Below are positions 14,601-31,319 of a DNA stretch of 64,000 nt, in pieces. Position numbers and translations under genes: made by a program. The first letter of the stretch is position 1; every line of letters starts with the position of its first letter. This stretch comes from Callorhinchus milii. Lineage: Eukaryota. The notes under the pieces were generated by a model. It was not told the origin of the DNA, searched no databases, and worked only from the letters and a program-made list of their open reading frames with translations. The stretch is from positions 32,736,001 through 32,800,000 of the forward strand of contig NW_024704746.1 of assembly GCF_018977255.1 (NCBI RefSeq), in the 5' to 3' direction.

Positions 14601-17600
14601 GAAGTTATATCAAATGCAAGTATTATTCTTTACACGGAGGGTAATAATGGATAGAATGGATTCTTGGGAAAAGTGTTTGATGCCTTTAAGAAACAACCTG
14701 AAGCTACAAATAAAAATCAGATTCAGATGAAATGGGCTAAAGGCTTTCTTCCATATCTCTGGTGATGTTTTGAAATGTATGTTTTGTCCCAATAGATCAT
14801 GGAATCTTTACAACTTGTGAAATGGATCTCATGAAAGTTAGCATTTCAAAAGAATTTCTCATGGGTCGTGTGAGTTTCCCACAAAATCTAATCCTGAATG
14901 ATGGAAGTTGTGCAGTCAAAGAAGAGCCAGAATATTACACATTCATTATTACTGAAACCAAGACCTACTGTGGAGGGCAACTTCTGGCAAGTAATCTGTT
15001 TTTATTCATGCAGGCCTCATGGATTTGTGGGGAATGGCTGACGTTGACTCTACAAAATGCACTGAGTTGAATGAACAACCTTACCACACTGCACTTTATC
15101 CATTTTAATTGATTAAATCCAAGGAGATGAGAATAACAACAAATTATATTTCTTTAGTGCCTTTCACGTTGAGAGGATGTCCCAAGGCACTGGTCAGTCA
15201 ACGATTTACACCGGAGCTGGGCATCCGGATTAGGAGGGTTGGAGGGCATGAGCACAACAAGAATGAAATGTCAATGTTGTGTTATTTTTATACTGATGTT
15301 TCCCTCTTCCTCCTCCAGATGAATGAGACCCACATAATCTTTCAACATATCATCATTAACAAATATTATTTTGATTCTTATATAATCAGAGAAGATCCCC
15401 TAACACTTGTATGGAAATGTGTGTACTTACGCAACTCTTTTGTGAAAATGTCTCTGCCAGTCCCTCTTCCAAGAAGGTAAGATTGAACTTGTCTCTACAT
15501 GTGACAGAATTGTTTGACTAATCTGTCAGCTGTCTCTTTAAAGTTATCAAATTATAAAATATTTGCCTATATATATCTTCAAAGGTAATGGGATTCCTTT
15601 TGTGGAATAGTTCTTGCTTATTCTACAAAAAATAACATTTTATAAGGGTGTTTTTACATTAAAACCCTTTTAAACAAAAATTGGCAGTACATTTCTGATT
15701 TCTATGATTAAATGTTGCACAGAATATGAAATAGATTCTAGTTTGCCAAGGTGTCTGTATCTGAAATTGCCTATTGTCTGGCTGTTATGATCAATCAAGA
15801 GAACAGTGAGTTTGATCTATATACTGTAGCAGTAATGGGAAAACTGGCCACAGAAACACTTAATTTTCTGATTGTATTGTATTTTTTTCGAGAAGATTTG
15901 AGGCGATAGTGCACCATTATACTGGAGAGAATCTTCAACTCGCCATCTCCCTTTACAAAGACGATTCATTCTCGGCTGATGGCATTTATGAAGCAAACCC
16001 AATAATCCATCTCAATGACGAACTCTATCTGGAAGTCAAACTGTCTGTGTCTCGTGGAAGCTTTGCTGCTCGATTTGTTTTGGAAGTACTTTCCTGTTGG
16101 GCTACAATAACATCTGATCCTCAAGCGGACAAAAAGTTCTACTTCCTACAAGATGGGTCAGTAACTTAAGTATATTGGTGGCTTTATTCAGGTTTTATTT
16201 CCATGAAATAAACTTCTTCTGATAGTCTAGAAGAACGGGAACACTTAAAATCTATTTTTGTATTGCCTTCTAGATGATATTGAATTTTTTAAAGAAACAT
16301 GTGTTATTGGAATGATAAAGGGCTTTTTCTTATAAGCCCACCATTCCCCCTTGGAAGATAGCTATATTCTATTTTTAAAGTATGTAATATCAATATACCT
16401 TAAGCGCTTCCAACATTTGTATTTCTACAATGGAACTTTCCGAGTAAAAGACATGAGTTCCTCTGGAATACCTATAATGTACCGAGTGTGAGCAAGTTAG
16501 TATAACCTTACTTGTAACTCAAAGGAGTCTTGAGTCATTACTATAACAATGGTATAGTACAGCCTATATAAAATAGTCACTACACCTGATTGGTAGTTAC
16601 CCATGCATAAGATGCTTTGGCTTAATTGGGTACTATGAAAACACCTCTTTCTTTCTGTTGATTTTAGTTTCTGTATATCTAAGGTAACTTGCAAACCTAA
16701 TTTACGTGTTAACCTTTTTGAAGTTTTTTTTTGAATCCCTTGAATGTGAGGACCTACATGAAAATTGAAAAAATTTACAAGCCAGTTCCATTATAGTTTT
16801 TAACAAATGTGAACTTTCACTTGAAAATTCTTATCTACCCCCCGATTTCTTTTAAGGTTTTGAAGCCAGTGTGGTTACGGCTTGAGTACATTTGATTTTG
16901 AGCAATTTTCAAAGTGTCAGCAAGTTAAAAACCTGGCTGAGTCATAGATGCATCGAACTATCCTGATCATATCCATGATAACATCTAACAAGAAGAGATG
17001 TCAATCAACACCAACTAAGCCACTAGTCTGCAGAACTCAGTATTAAACGGAAAAAGAATGTTTGTTCATACTGATTGAAAGTTTAATTTTTTTTTAAATC
17101 TTCAAATAGTTGCCCAGAAGATGAGACCTTTAGATGGCACGATGGTAATGGAGCTTCTGGTATCAGTCGATTCTCTATTAAAATGTTTCGCTTCAGCAAT
17201 ATGGCAAATGCTCCCATATACATTCACTGTCAGGCCAAGATCTGTGATATGGAAAGCACGGACAGCTGTTTAACGGTAAGCTACCTACTGCTCTGCATAT
17301 AAAATGCATTAATTGTGAAGCGCAGTATTGCTGCTTTATACAGTGATAAACTTAGCCTAACAGTATCTGTTCCTTTGATAAGGAAGAGCTCTTAAAGTAC
17401 TTGACATGTGTTTGATTCCCTTTAAGGAATGTCCAACTACACAGGTTTCCATCAGGTCAGGTCGGAATGCATTAAAAGTGGACTCCAAACAAGTAAAAGT
17501 AGTAGTTTCTGTTGGACCTATTGAGGTATGGATCGGTGATAAAAGTGAGATGAAGGAATCTGGAAATGTACTGGAAGACTGTAAGTATAAAGGAACTAGC

Positions 17601-19024
17601 TGTGAATCATTGCTGATACTATAGTCCTGTAATTTCTATTAATTTCTTAGAACCAAGAGACGTGATCATAAATACTCTGACCTTATATAGTTAGCGATAT
17701 TGCAGAGAAACAAGCCATTCAGTTCAAACTGGTATTTATACTCCACACAAGCCCCTAATCCTCTCTTTCCCCCTCCCAATTATTCCTTTCTCCATGTGTG
17801 CATCACACGTTCTCAAATACATTGATAATATCTTAACAAAATAAATGTCTATGTAAGTGTCTTTACATAAGTACCTTTAGTATCATAACATGTATCACTG
17901 TTTGCCACTTCTTTCTATTTGTATGTAGCTGAAGCTTGTAAGGTGAAAAGCTCCCCAGGCTCTGTCATTCCCCTTTTAACATCACTGTTTAATTTACCAG
18001 AAAACAAGAGACATAGTTGGCAAAATAAATAATTTACTTCTCAATGGATAGGGCAGTAGAAAATAGTTAGTCCTGGTTATTAGTAGCTTAGTTTCTTAGT
18101 GAGTCCACAGCACTGAAATGTTCACTTTGTATTAAATTAGCAGCCTCACTGCAAGGTTAGGAGAATGCTATTTCATCTTTCCATACAAGATGGTTTGTAT
18201 CCTATCTGATGCCAAGATCCTTTTACATTGGTTTTCCACCCAATTGCTTAACTGCTACTTTAATACAATAACTATAGTGGAACTCAGGAGCCTCATCTGA
18301 TTTCTGGGAAACTTAGTTTCTCACCAATGAATGAGATGGCTGTGAAAGCAACTTTAGATCTGTCAAAACTTCTCCAATGTAATCAGAACCAAATCAAAGT
18401 ACTGTATGCAGAGCTGCATAATATTGATATGAAGATCATCATTAGTGGAATGGGCAAACTCAAACTATTTGATCTTGGATTAGGGATTAAGTCAGAATTT
18501 ACAAGATAGTGAGTGATTTAACAGCAAGTTTGAATAACTTCAACCCAGAATACTTTCACACCATCTAGTGGCTTTGTTGCAGAACAACATTGGCAGGAAC
18601 TTGGATGTGATGAATGTCACCAAAGAATTGGACTGAAAATTACTTGGATACTGGCAGAATGTCCCAAGTCATCCTTTGATTTTTTTTAAAAAAAAAGTTA
18701 GTTTAATTCTAAACCATATCTTGCCATTAAATCTTGGTAAATTATTGAAAACCATTTTTCTGCTTTGGATTAAACAAGATTGAATATCAAAATCTTGATG
18801 TGCTGTTTTGCAAAACAAATGAGATGAACAAATTCTTACAAATGTATTTTTTGTTCACAGGGGAACACCTAGAAGTTGTTCTCTGCATAGTTGGAGGTGT
18901 AGTAGGAATAGGACTACTGATTATATTTGCTACCGTTGTATTCAAGAACGTCATGAGTAACAAGACCAAGCTTAAAACAAGTCAGCAGTTGAATGAAGGA
19001 CAGACAGCTTTCTCTAATTTGTAA
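2645..19024 (+). CDS. Uromodulin-like ZP-domain type I membrane protein (signal peptide, ~5 FN3-like, SEA, Ca-binding EGF, ZP, TM), ~986 aa, 16 exons
   Basis: Phase-consistent exons: 2645-2732 ([22 protein letters not shown] signal peptide; alternative ATG 2636), 3595-3664, 4293-4435, 5574-5831, 8311-8607, 8702-8953, 10674-10913 (FN3-like, e.g. [31 protein letters not shown]), 12629-12786 and 13150-13360 (SEA-like, [11 protein letters not shown]), 13761-13910 ([18 protein letters not shown]), 14796-14986, 15319-15476, 15896-16156, 17110-17275 (ZP: [31 protein letters not shown]), 17427-17580 ([14 protein letters not shown]), 18861-19024 ([25 protein letters not shown], then stop). Exons 2-3 are the least certain. 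Confidence 0.85.
3002..3370 (+). mobile_element. tRNA-derived SINE (long subfamily) with L2-type tail
   Basis: A-box TAGCGCAGTGG and B-box-like GGTTCTATTCC head, a central GTGGGACACTGCTGTG..AATTG block, and a tail ending GCAAGGATTATTATT. Confidence 0.85.
9044..9300 (-). mobile_element. SINE, 5'-truncated
   Basis: Reverse complement of the body and tail of the same family. Confidence 0.75.
10240..10505 (+). mobile_element. Old, degenerate L2 3' fragment
   Basis: CTGGACTAT-like segment, pyrimidine tract and a GTGAAGCGCTTTGAGA..TTGTTG tail. Confidence 0.45.
14170..14625 (+). mobile_element. Old Deu-domain SINE (SacSINE1/AmnSINE1-like) relic
   Basis: GAGGGAGCACTTTGTCAGAGGTGC..GGATGAAAGATTAAAC..CAGGTAGGTGTTAAAGATC..CACTATT resembles the DeuSINE central domain, and the segment ends in the shared tail. 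Confidence 0.55.
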
Positions 19025-19662
19025 AATAAGCCACTTAAACAACTCTGTGTATGAGTGTGCGTGTGTATGTGTGTGGATATACACAATACATTTTATGTTG
19101 GTGTTCATTTATAAGTGTTGGCCTGCTAGGTCCCATATTAGTGTTATAAAAGGAGCCTGCATCAACAGGCTAAGTTAAGTAGCAGGAAGCTGTCATAAAT
19201 AGTGAGTTAAATGCTCCAATTGATTTCTTTTTGGATCCTTTGTCATTGAAAATCATGCTGTTGTCAATGATGGGAAGAATGCATTATTAATTACATTAAT
19301 GCAAGAAAATCTACATAACCCAACATTTAGTAATGTTATCCCAACAATTAGCCAAATTAGGGCTCCAAGTTCTGATGAGACACGCAGCAATATTTTCATT
19401 GGAGATGGATCTTAAAATGTTGAAAGGCATAGAAGTAGATGTAAGTAATCTAAACCTTTGTATCAGTTTTGTTTTAAAGTTGTGTTTTAAATAAGTTGCC
19501 TAATACGATGATTGGGACTGAGAGTCTGTTACCACACAAAAAAATAAAGTTCAGTTCTAACCATCATGGGGAATGTTTCACTGTTAATTGTAATGAATGG
19601 GATTCCAAGATTGTAATGTATGATAAACTTGGTGAAGGGGATTCGGCTGCGCAAAATGTCTT

Positions 19663-20031
19663 GAGCTCCTGTAGCTGTCGAGTGTTGTAACTCAATGGTG
19701 AGGACTTTCCTCGCAAGCGAGAGACCAGGATTCAATTCCTGGTAAGGCGAAACATTGGGCAAGTTTCCTTACTCCACTTGTCTCTGTTTACTAGAGGTAA
19801 ATAGGAACTCAATTAGTCAATTGACATTGCTTTTCCGAGGGTAATAATTGCTTTTTAAAAAAAATAATAAATTGGTCACTCAATCCAAGACTGTTTGTAG
19901 GAAACTGCTGTACGCTATTGACTACCACGTTTTGCCAACAAAATATACAGTCAATTCACTTGACAGTATATTCTGTGAAGCACTTTGAGACATCTGGAGT
20001 GCATGATAAGGTGCAATATCCAATGTTATTG
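19663..20031 (+). mobile_element. tRNA-derived SINE, near full length
   Basis: tRNA-like head (GGATTCAATTCC B-box), body and tail as in the 3002 copy. A partial minus copy follows at ~20143-20280. Confidence 0.8.
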
Positions 20032-20399
20032 TTGAGACGTCCTTCCAACGTGAAAGTCACTACAAATAGTAATTACACAATTACTATGTAGTTGCGGCCC
20101 AACTACAACAGGCTGGCACTCTGCCCCAGGAATGCAAGCATTATAATAATCCTTTCATTTAATATAGCACATTACCACACCATTGAGACATCTCAAAGCG
20201 CTTCACAGGATATCCTGTAAAGTGAATTGACTGTATTTGGTGGGCAAGATGTGGCAGCCAGTTACCCGGAGCATTATTATTACATAAGCGCTGTATAAAT
20301 GTACTTTGCTGTAAGTCTGACTGTCTCAATTCTGATGAGGTTGATTCCTTGGACCTCTGCTGATATCTGGAGGAGGTGATCAGGTGTTACATCTAATGC

Positions 20400-20730
20400 A
20401 AGTATTATTATCATCAAATTATTTATTATTATATTATAATTATTATATCAAATGATTTATTATTACATCAAATATTATCAAATAGTATTATTATATCAAA
20501 TATTATTATAATTATATCAAACATTAACAAATAGTATTATTATATCAAATATTATTAACAAATAGTATTATTATATCAAATACTATTATAATTATATCAA
20601 ATATTATCAAATATTATCAAATATTCTTATAAAATAGTATTATTATATCAAATTTTATTATAATTATTTTATAAAATAATTATATCAAATGATTCATTAT
20701 TATTATATCAAATAGTATTATTATATTCAA
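20400..20730. repeat. AT-rich degenerate tandem repeat (TATTATATCAAA-like)
   Basis: Repeated TATTATTATATCAAAT units. Confidence 0.85.
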
Positions 20731-20764
20731 ATGCCTGTGTTACTGTGATTACTTTGATGAGTAT

Positions 20765-22022
20765 TTGAGGCCCTGGTATGCGTGTGTGGGCGGTGTTTGC
20801 TGAGGCCCTGGTGTGTGTGGGGGGTGTTTGCTGAGGCCCTGGTGTGTGTGGGGGGTGTTTGCTGAGGCCCTGGTGGGTGTGTGTGTGTGTGGGGGGGGGG
20901 CGGTGTTTGCTGAGGCCCTGGTGTGTGTGGGGGGTGTTTNNNNNNNNNNNNNNNNNNNNNNNNNNNNNNNNNNNNNNNNNNNNNNNNNNNNNNNNNNNNN
21001 NNNNNNNNNNNNNNNNNNNNNNNNNNNNNNNNNNNNNNNNNNNNNNNNNNNNNNNNNNNNNNNNNNNNNNNNNNNNNNNCTGGTGGGTGTGTGTGTGTGG
21101 GGGGGGGGCGGTGTTTGCTGAGGCCCTGGTGTGTGTGTGTGTGGGGGGCGGTGTTTGCTGAGGCCCGTGTGTGTGTGTGGGGTGTGTGTGTGAGCAGTGT
21201 TTGCTGAGGCCCTGGTGTGTGTGTGTGTGTGTGAGCGGTGTTTGCTGAGGCCCTGGTGTGTGTGTGTGTGGGGGGGGGGGGGGCGGTGTTTGCTGAGGCC
21301 CTGGTGTGTGTGTGTGTGGGGGGCGGTNNNNNNNNNNNNNNNNNNNNNNNNNNNNNNNNNNNNNNNNNNNNNNNNNNNNNNNNNNNNNNNNNNNNNNNNN
21401 NNNNNNNNNNNNNNNNNNNNNNNNNNNNNNNNNNNNNNNNNNNNNNNNNNNNNNNNNNNNNNNNNNNNNNNNNNNNNNNNNNNNNNNNNNNNNNNNNNNN
21501 NNNNNNNNNNNNNNNNNNNNNNNNNNNNNNNNNNNNNNNNNNNNNNNNNNNNNNNNNNNNNNNNNNNNNNNNNNNNNNNNNNNNNNNNNNNNNNNNNNNN
21601 NNNNNNNNNNNNNNNNTGTGTGTGGGTGTGTGTGAGCAGTGTTTGCTGAGGCCCTGGTGTGTGGGTGTGTGTGTGTGGGTGTGTGGGGGGGNNNNNNNNN
21701 NNNNNNNNNNNNNNNNNNNNNNNNNNNNNNNNNNNNNNNNNNNNNNNNNNNNNNNNNNNNNNNNNNNNNNNNNNNNNNNNNNNNNNNNNNNNNNNNNNNN
21801 NNNNNNNNNNNNNNNNNNNNNNNNNNNNNNNNNNNNNNGCCCTGGTGTGTGTTGGTGGGGGTGTGTGTGTGTGTGTGGGCGGTGTTTGCTGAGGCCCTGG
21901 TGGGGGTGTGTGTGTGTGTGTGGGCGGTGTTTGCTGAGGCCCTGGTGGGGGTGTGTGTGTGTGTGTGGGGAGGGGCGGTGTTTGCTGAGGCCCTGGTGTG
22001 TGTGTGTGTGTGTGTGTGTGTG
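20765..22022 (+). repeat. G/T-rich minisatellite upstream of KRR1 (core GCGGTGTTTGCTGAGGCCCTGG plus variable (TG)n/Gn), with N gaps
   Basis: At least 14 visible cores and three assembly gaps. Confidence 0.9.
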
Positions 22023-22246
22023 CACAGTGAGGGCTGAGGGGCCTCGGGCTCCGCTGCTGCCTCTGATCCCCACACACGCACATGTCCCTGGTCTGATTGA
22101 CGTCGTCGTCACCATGGCGACCGCGGTGCCCGGAAGGTTTTATTGGCTGCACTCACCGCGCGGTGGGGGATGAAAGCGTCGCCCGGACGGTTTTGTTCGC
22201 TGCACTCGTCACGGCGGAAGGTGTTGGCGGCGGCGGCGGCGGCAGA

Positions 22247-28518
<6,272 letters not shown>

Positions 28519-29118
28519 TGCAGCTTCACAAACGTAGGTCAGCCCTATTATAGCATGGTGCTTTGGATCCAGAAAACTAGATGCCATGTTATAATGGGTT
28601 TGTGGGTGGGGGGGAAGGGTTAACTCGACCCTGACATTATGTTGCCAAGCATGTCATGTTAGAGTCAGTTGAGCTCCAAGGAGATCCTGGAAATGCACTG
28701 TGGGAGAACGAAACTTAACAATTAAAATAATATTCTTTATAGCTCACAGTTGCATCCCAACTTAATGGAAAACAATGTTTGCCCTTTGAAAGCTAATTAA
28801 ATAGCTGCTGAGCAATCAAATATCAGCTCACAGGCTAAATTCAGTCTGTTATAGATGTTTGATATTACCACTAATAAACCCAGCTGTTAGTGAAAGAATT
28901 CCTTTTTGCACTCTTGATTACAGTTTCTGATTTTCTAGTAATTAGTTAGCAGCATCAGTGTTCACTGGAGTAGAATTGCAAATGGTACCTTGAGCCTTTG
29001 TATGCAGAACCTAGCTGGATGTTTACATTTCCATCTACATATTTTATATCGCGGTTATTGTTGGATATATATATATTGTGTAACCTAAAATTATTAATGT
29101 GTTCATTAAATACTGTTT

Positions 29119-29124
29119 AATAAA
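29119..29124 (+). terminator. Candidate polyadenylation signal of KRR1
   Basis: AATAAA about 600 nt after the stop codon, followed by T/GT-rich sequence. Confidence 0.5.
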
Positions 29125-29339
29125 AGTATTTACTTTATTTTGTGTGAGATGTGCTAGCTACTTCCTTTGGCCAGTTCTGAAACGTGTACTTCTCTGACCT
29201 GAAGGTGACTTCTGTAGTGTAATAATTTTTATAAAAAAAGCTTTTCATATTGAGGAATGTGCTGTTATTACACATTGAAGTAAGTGAACTGTTTGTGTCA
29301 ATTATGAGACTCATGAAGTCTAGCAGAAGACCTTTTACA

Positions 29340-29760
29340 TAAAATATAGAGCATAGAAACAGGCCACTCAACCCAATTGGTCTATGCCAGTGTTTATGCT
29401 CCACATGAGCCTCCTCCTGCCCTTCCTCAATTAAACTTATCAGCATAACCTTCTATTCCTTTCTCCCTCATTTGCTTATCTAGCTTTCCCTTAAGTGCAT
29501 CTATGCTATTTGCCTCAACTAGCCTTGTGGTTTCGAATTCCACATTCCCACTGCTCTCTGGGTAAAGAAGTTTCTTCTGATTTCCCGATTTGATTTATTC
29601 CCTATTTTATGTTAATGGCCCCTGGTTTTGGTCTCCCCCACAAGTGGAAACCTTTCATAATTTTAAAGACCTCCATTAGGTCATCCCTTTTCAAGAGAGT
29701 CCAAGCTTATTCAGCCTTTCCTGATAGGTATAACCTCGCAATTGCGATATCATCCTTGAA
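29340..29760 (-). mobile_element. CR1-clade LINE 3' fragment
   Basis: The minus strand reads RNFFTQRAVGMWNS, a CR1 ORF2 C-terminal motif, followed by a GGGTTGAGTGGCCTGTTTCTATGCT-type 3' UTR. Confidence 0.75.
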
Positions 29761-29948
29761 AATCTCCTTGCAAAGCTTTCATACATTACCTAACTATGCA
29801 ATAGCTATAATTTTGTTAAGTGTCAGCTTAGCTCAGTTGGTTGTGCTCTTGCCTTTCAGAAGGCTGTGGATTCAGTCCCCATACTGGGACTTCATACTTG
29901 CATAGCCTGGGCTGCATTGTCAGAGGTGCCATCCTTTAAATGAGGATT

Positions 29949-30299
29949 TAATAATCCTTGCATTTGATATAGTGCTGTATCATGTCTTCAGGACATCTCA
30001 AATCACTTCACAGAATATATTGTAAACTGAATTGACTATTTTGTGGGCTAAATGCAGCAGCCAATTGCACACAGCAGTGTCCCACAAATAGTTGTGGATT
30101 GAAGTGACCAATTTATTCGTATTTTTTGAAGGAATTATTACCCCCAGAAAAGCAATCTACCAATTGACTAACAACTGGGTTCCTACTTACTGCTGGGTAA
30201 ACAGAAGCGTGTGGAGTAAGGAAACTTGCCCAACAATTTACTCTGCTGGGAATCAAACCCAGGTCTCTCATATGCGAGGTGAGTGCGAGTGAGCTACAG
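29949..30299 (-). mobile_element. tRNA-derived SINE nested in an older Deu-domain SINE (~29822-30410)
   Basis: Full minus copy from the TAATCCTTGCATTTG tail to the GAGCTACAG head. The flanks join into GTCAGAGGTGCCATCC..|..CAGGTGGACACTAAAGATC. Confidence 0.75.
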
Positions 30300-31319
30300 G
30301 TTTTACATGGCCTTTTCTGTGCTGTAACATGTTTGATTATAAGCCGAAGTCCTGTCTGCTAGATCAGGTGGACACTAAAGATCGCCCCGTAGCACTCTTC
30401 AAAAAGAGAATAGTTGTGCTCTTAGATGGGAAGGGTTAATGGGTCAGGGTATTACAGAGCAACAAACAAAATGTGTTTTACAGCTAATAATAATCCTTGC
30501 ATTTGATATAGCGCCCATCATGTTGAGACGTATCAAAGTGCTGCACAGAATATATTGTAAACTGAACTGACTATTTTGTGGGTGAAATACATGTTGCTAT
30601 TTTAAACATTAAACACAGAATATTGATTTCTCCTATAAACCATTTCTATTAACAAGGTTTTATTAACAATGGTATATAATGCTCTGCAGTACAATGACAG
30701 TACATAACTGAATTACAGAGGTCCAGATCAACAGTGTATAATAAACAGAATACTGAATCATAACTTGAATCCTATCTAATTTCAAACAACAAACATGGTC
30801 CATGATGCACAACCTGTAAAAATTCCAAACCAGAAGATATCATGGTAGAATGTATGAAATGTTTAAGAATATCAAGAATAAGCAATCACCATTAAAGGTA
30901 ACTTTTAATTTGGGGTAAATAATAATCCTTGCATTTGATATAGTTCCTTATCACGTCTTCGAGACATCTCACAGCGCTTCCCAGTATATAATGTAAAGTC
31001 AATGACTGTTAATTTTGTGGGCAATATGGAGGGAACAAAGTGTATTCACGCTTACAGCAGATGTTTTTTTACACCATTCTAGGATTGGAAGCCGTGTCTA
31101 TTTATCCATTTTAATGCTGTAATAATGCTGGGACAATGTTAGGAAGGCTACCTTTTAAAAGCAAGGTGTTCAAGCTACTGACGATGAGAAACTAAAGCAT
31201 CAAATGCATTGCTGCGTTATGATCACAAAACAGTACAGAAGAATGTTTAATGTAACAGAGAAATAAACTGGAAGAGAAATGTTTCAAAGATCTATCCTAC
31301 ATATTGTGTTTGGGTAGTT

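Noticed and set aside
20765-22022. CRISPR-like look (constant core with variable spacers)
   Set aside because: The spacers are only (TG)n/Gn tracts, there are no cas genes, and the context is vertebrate.
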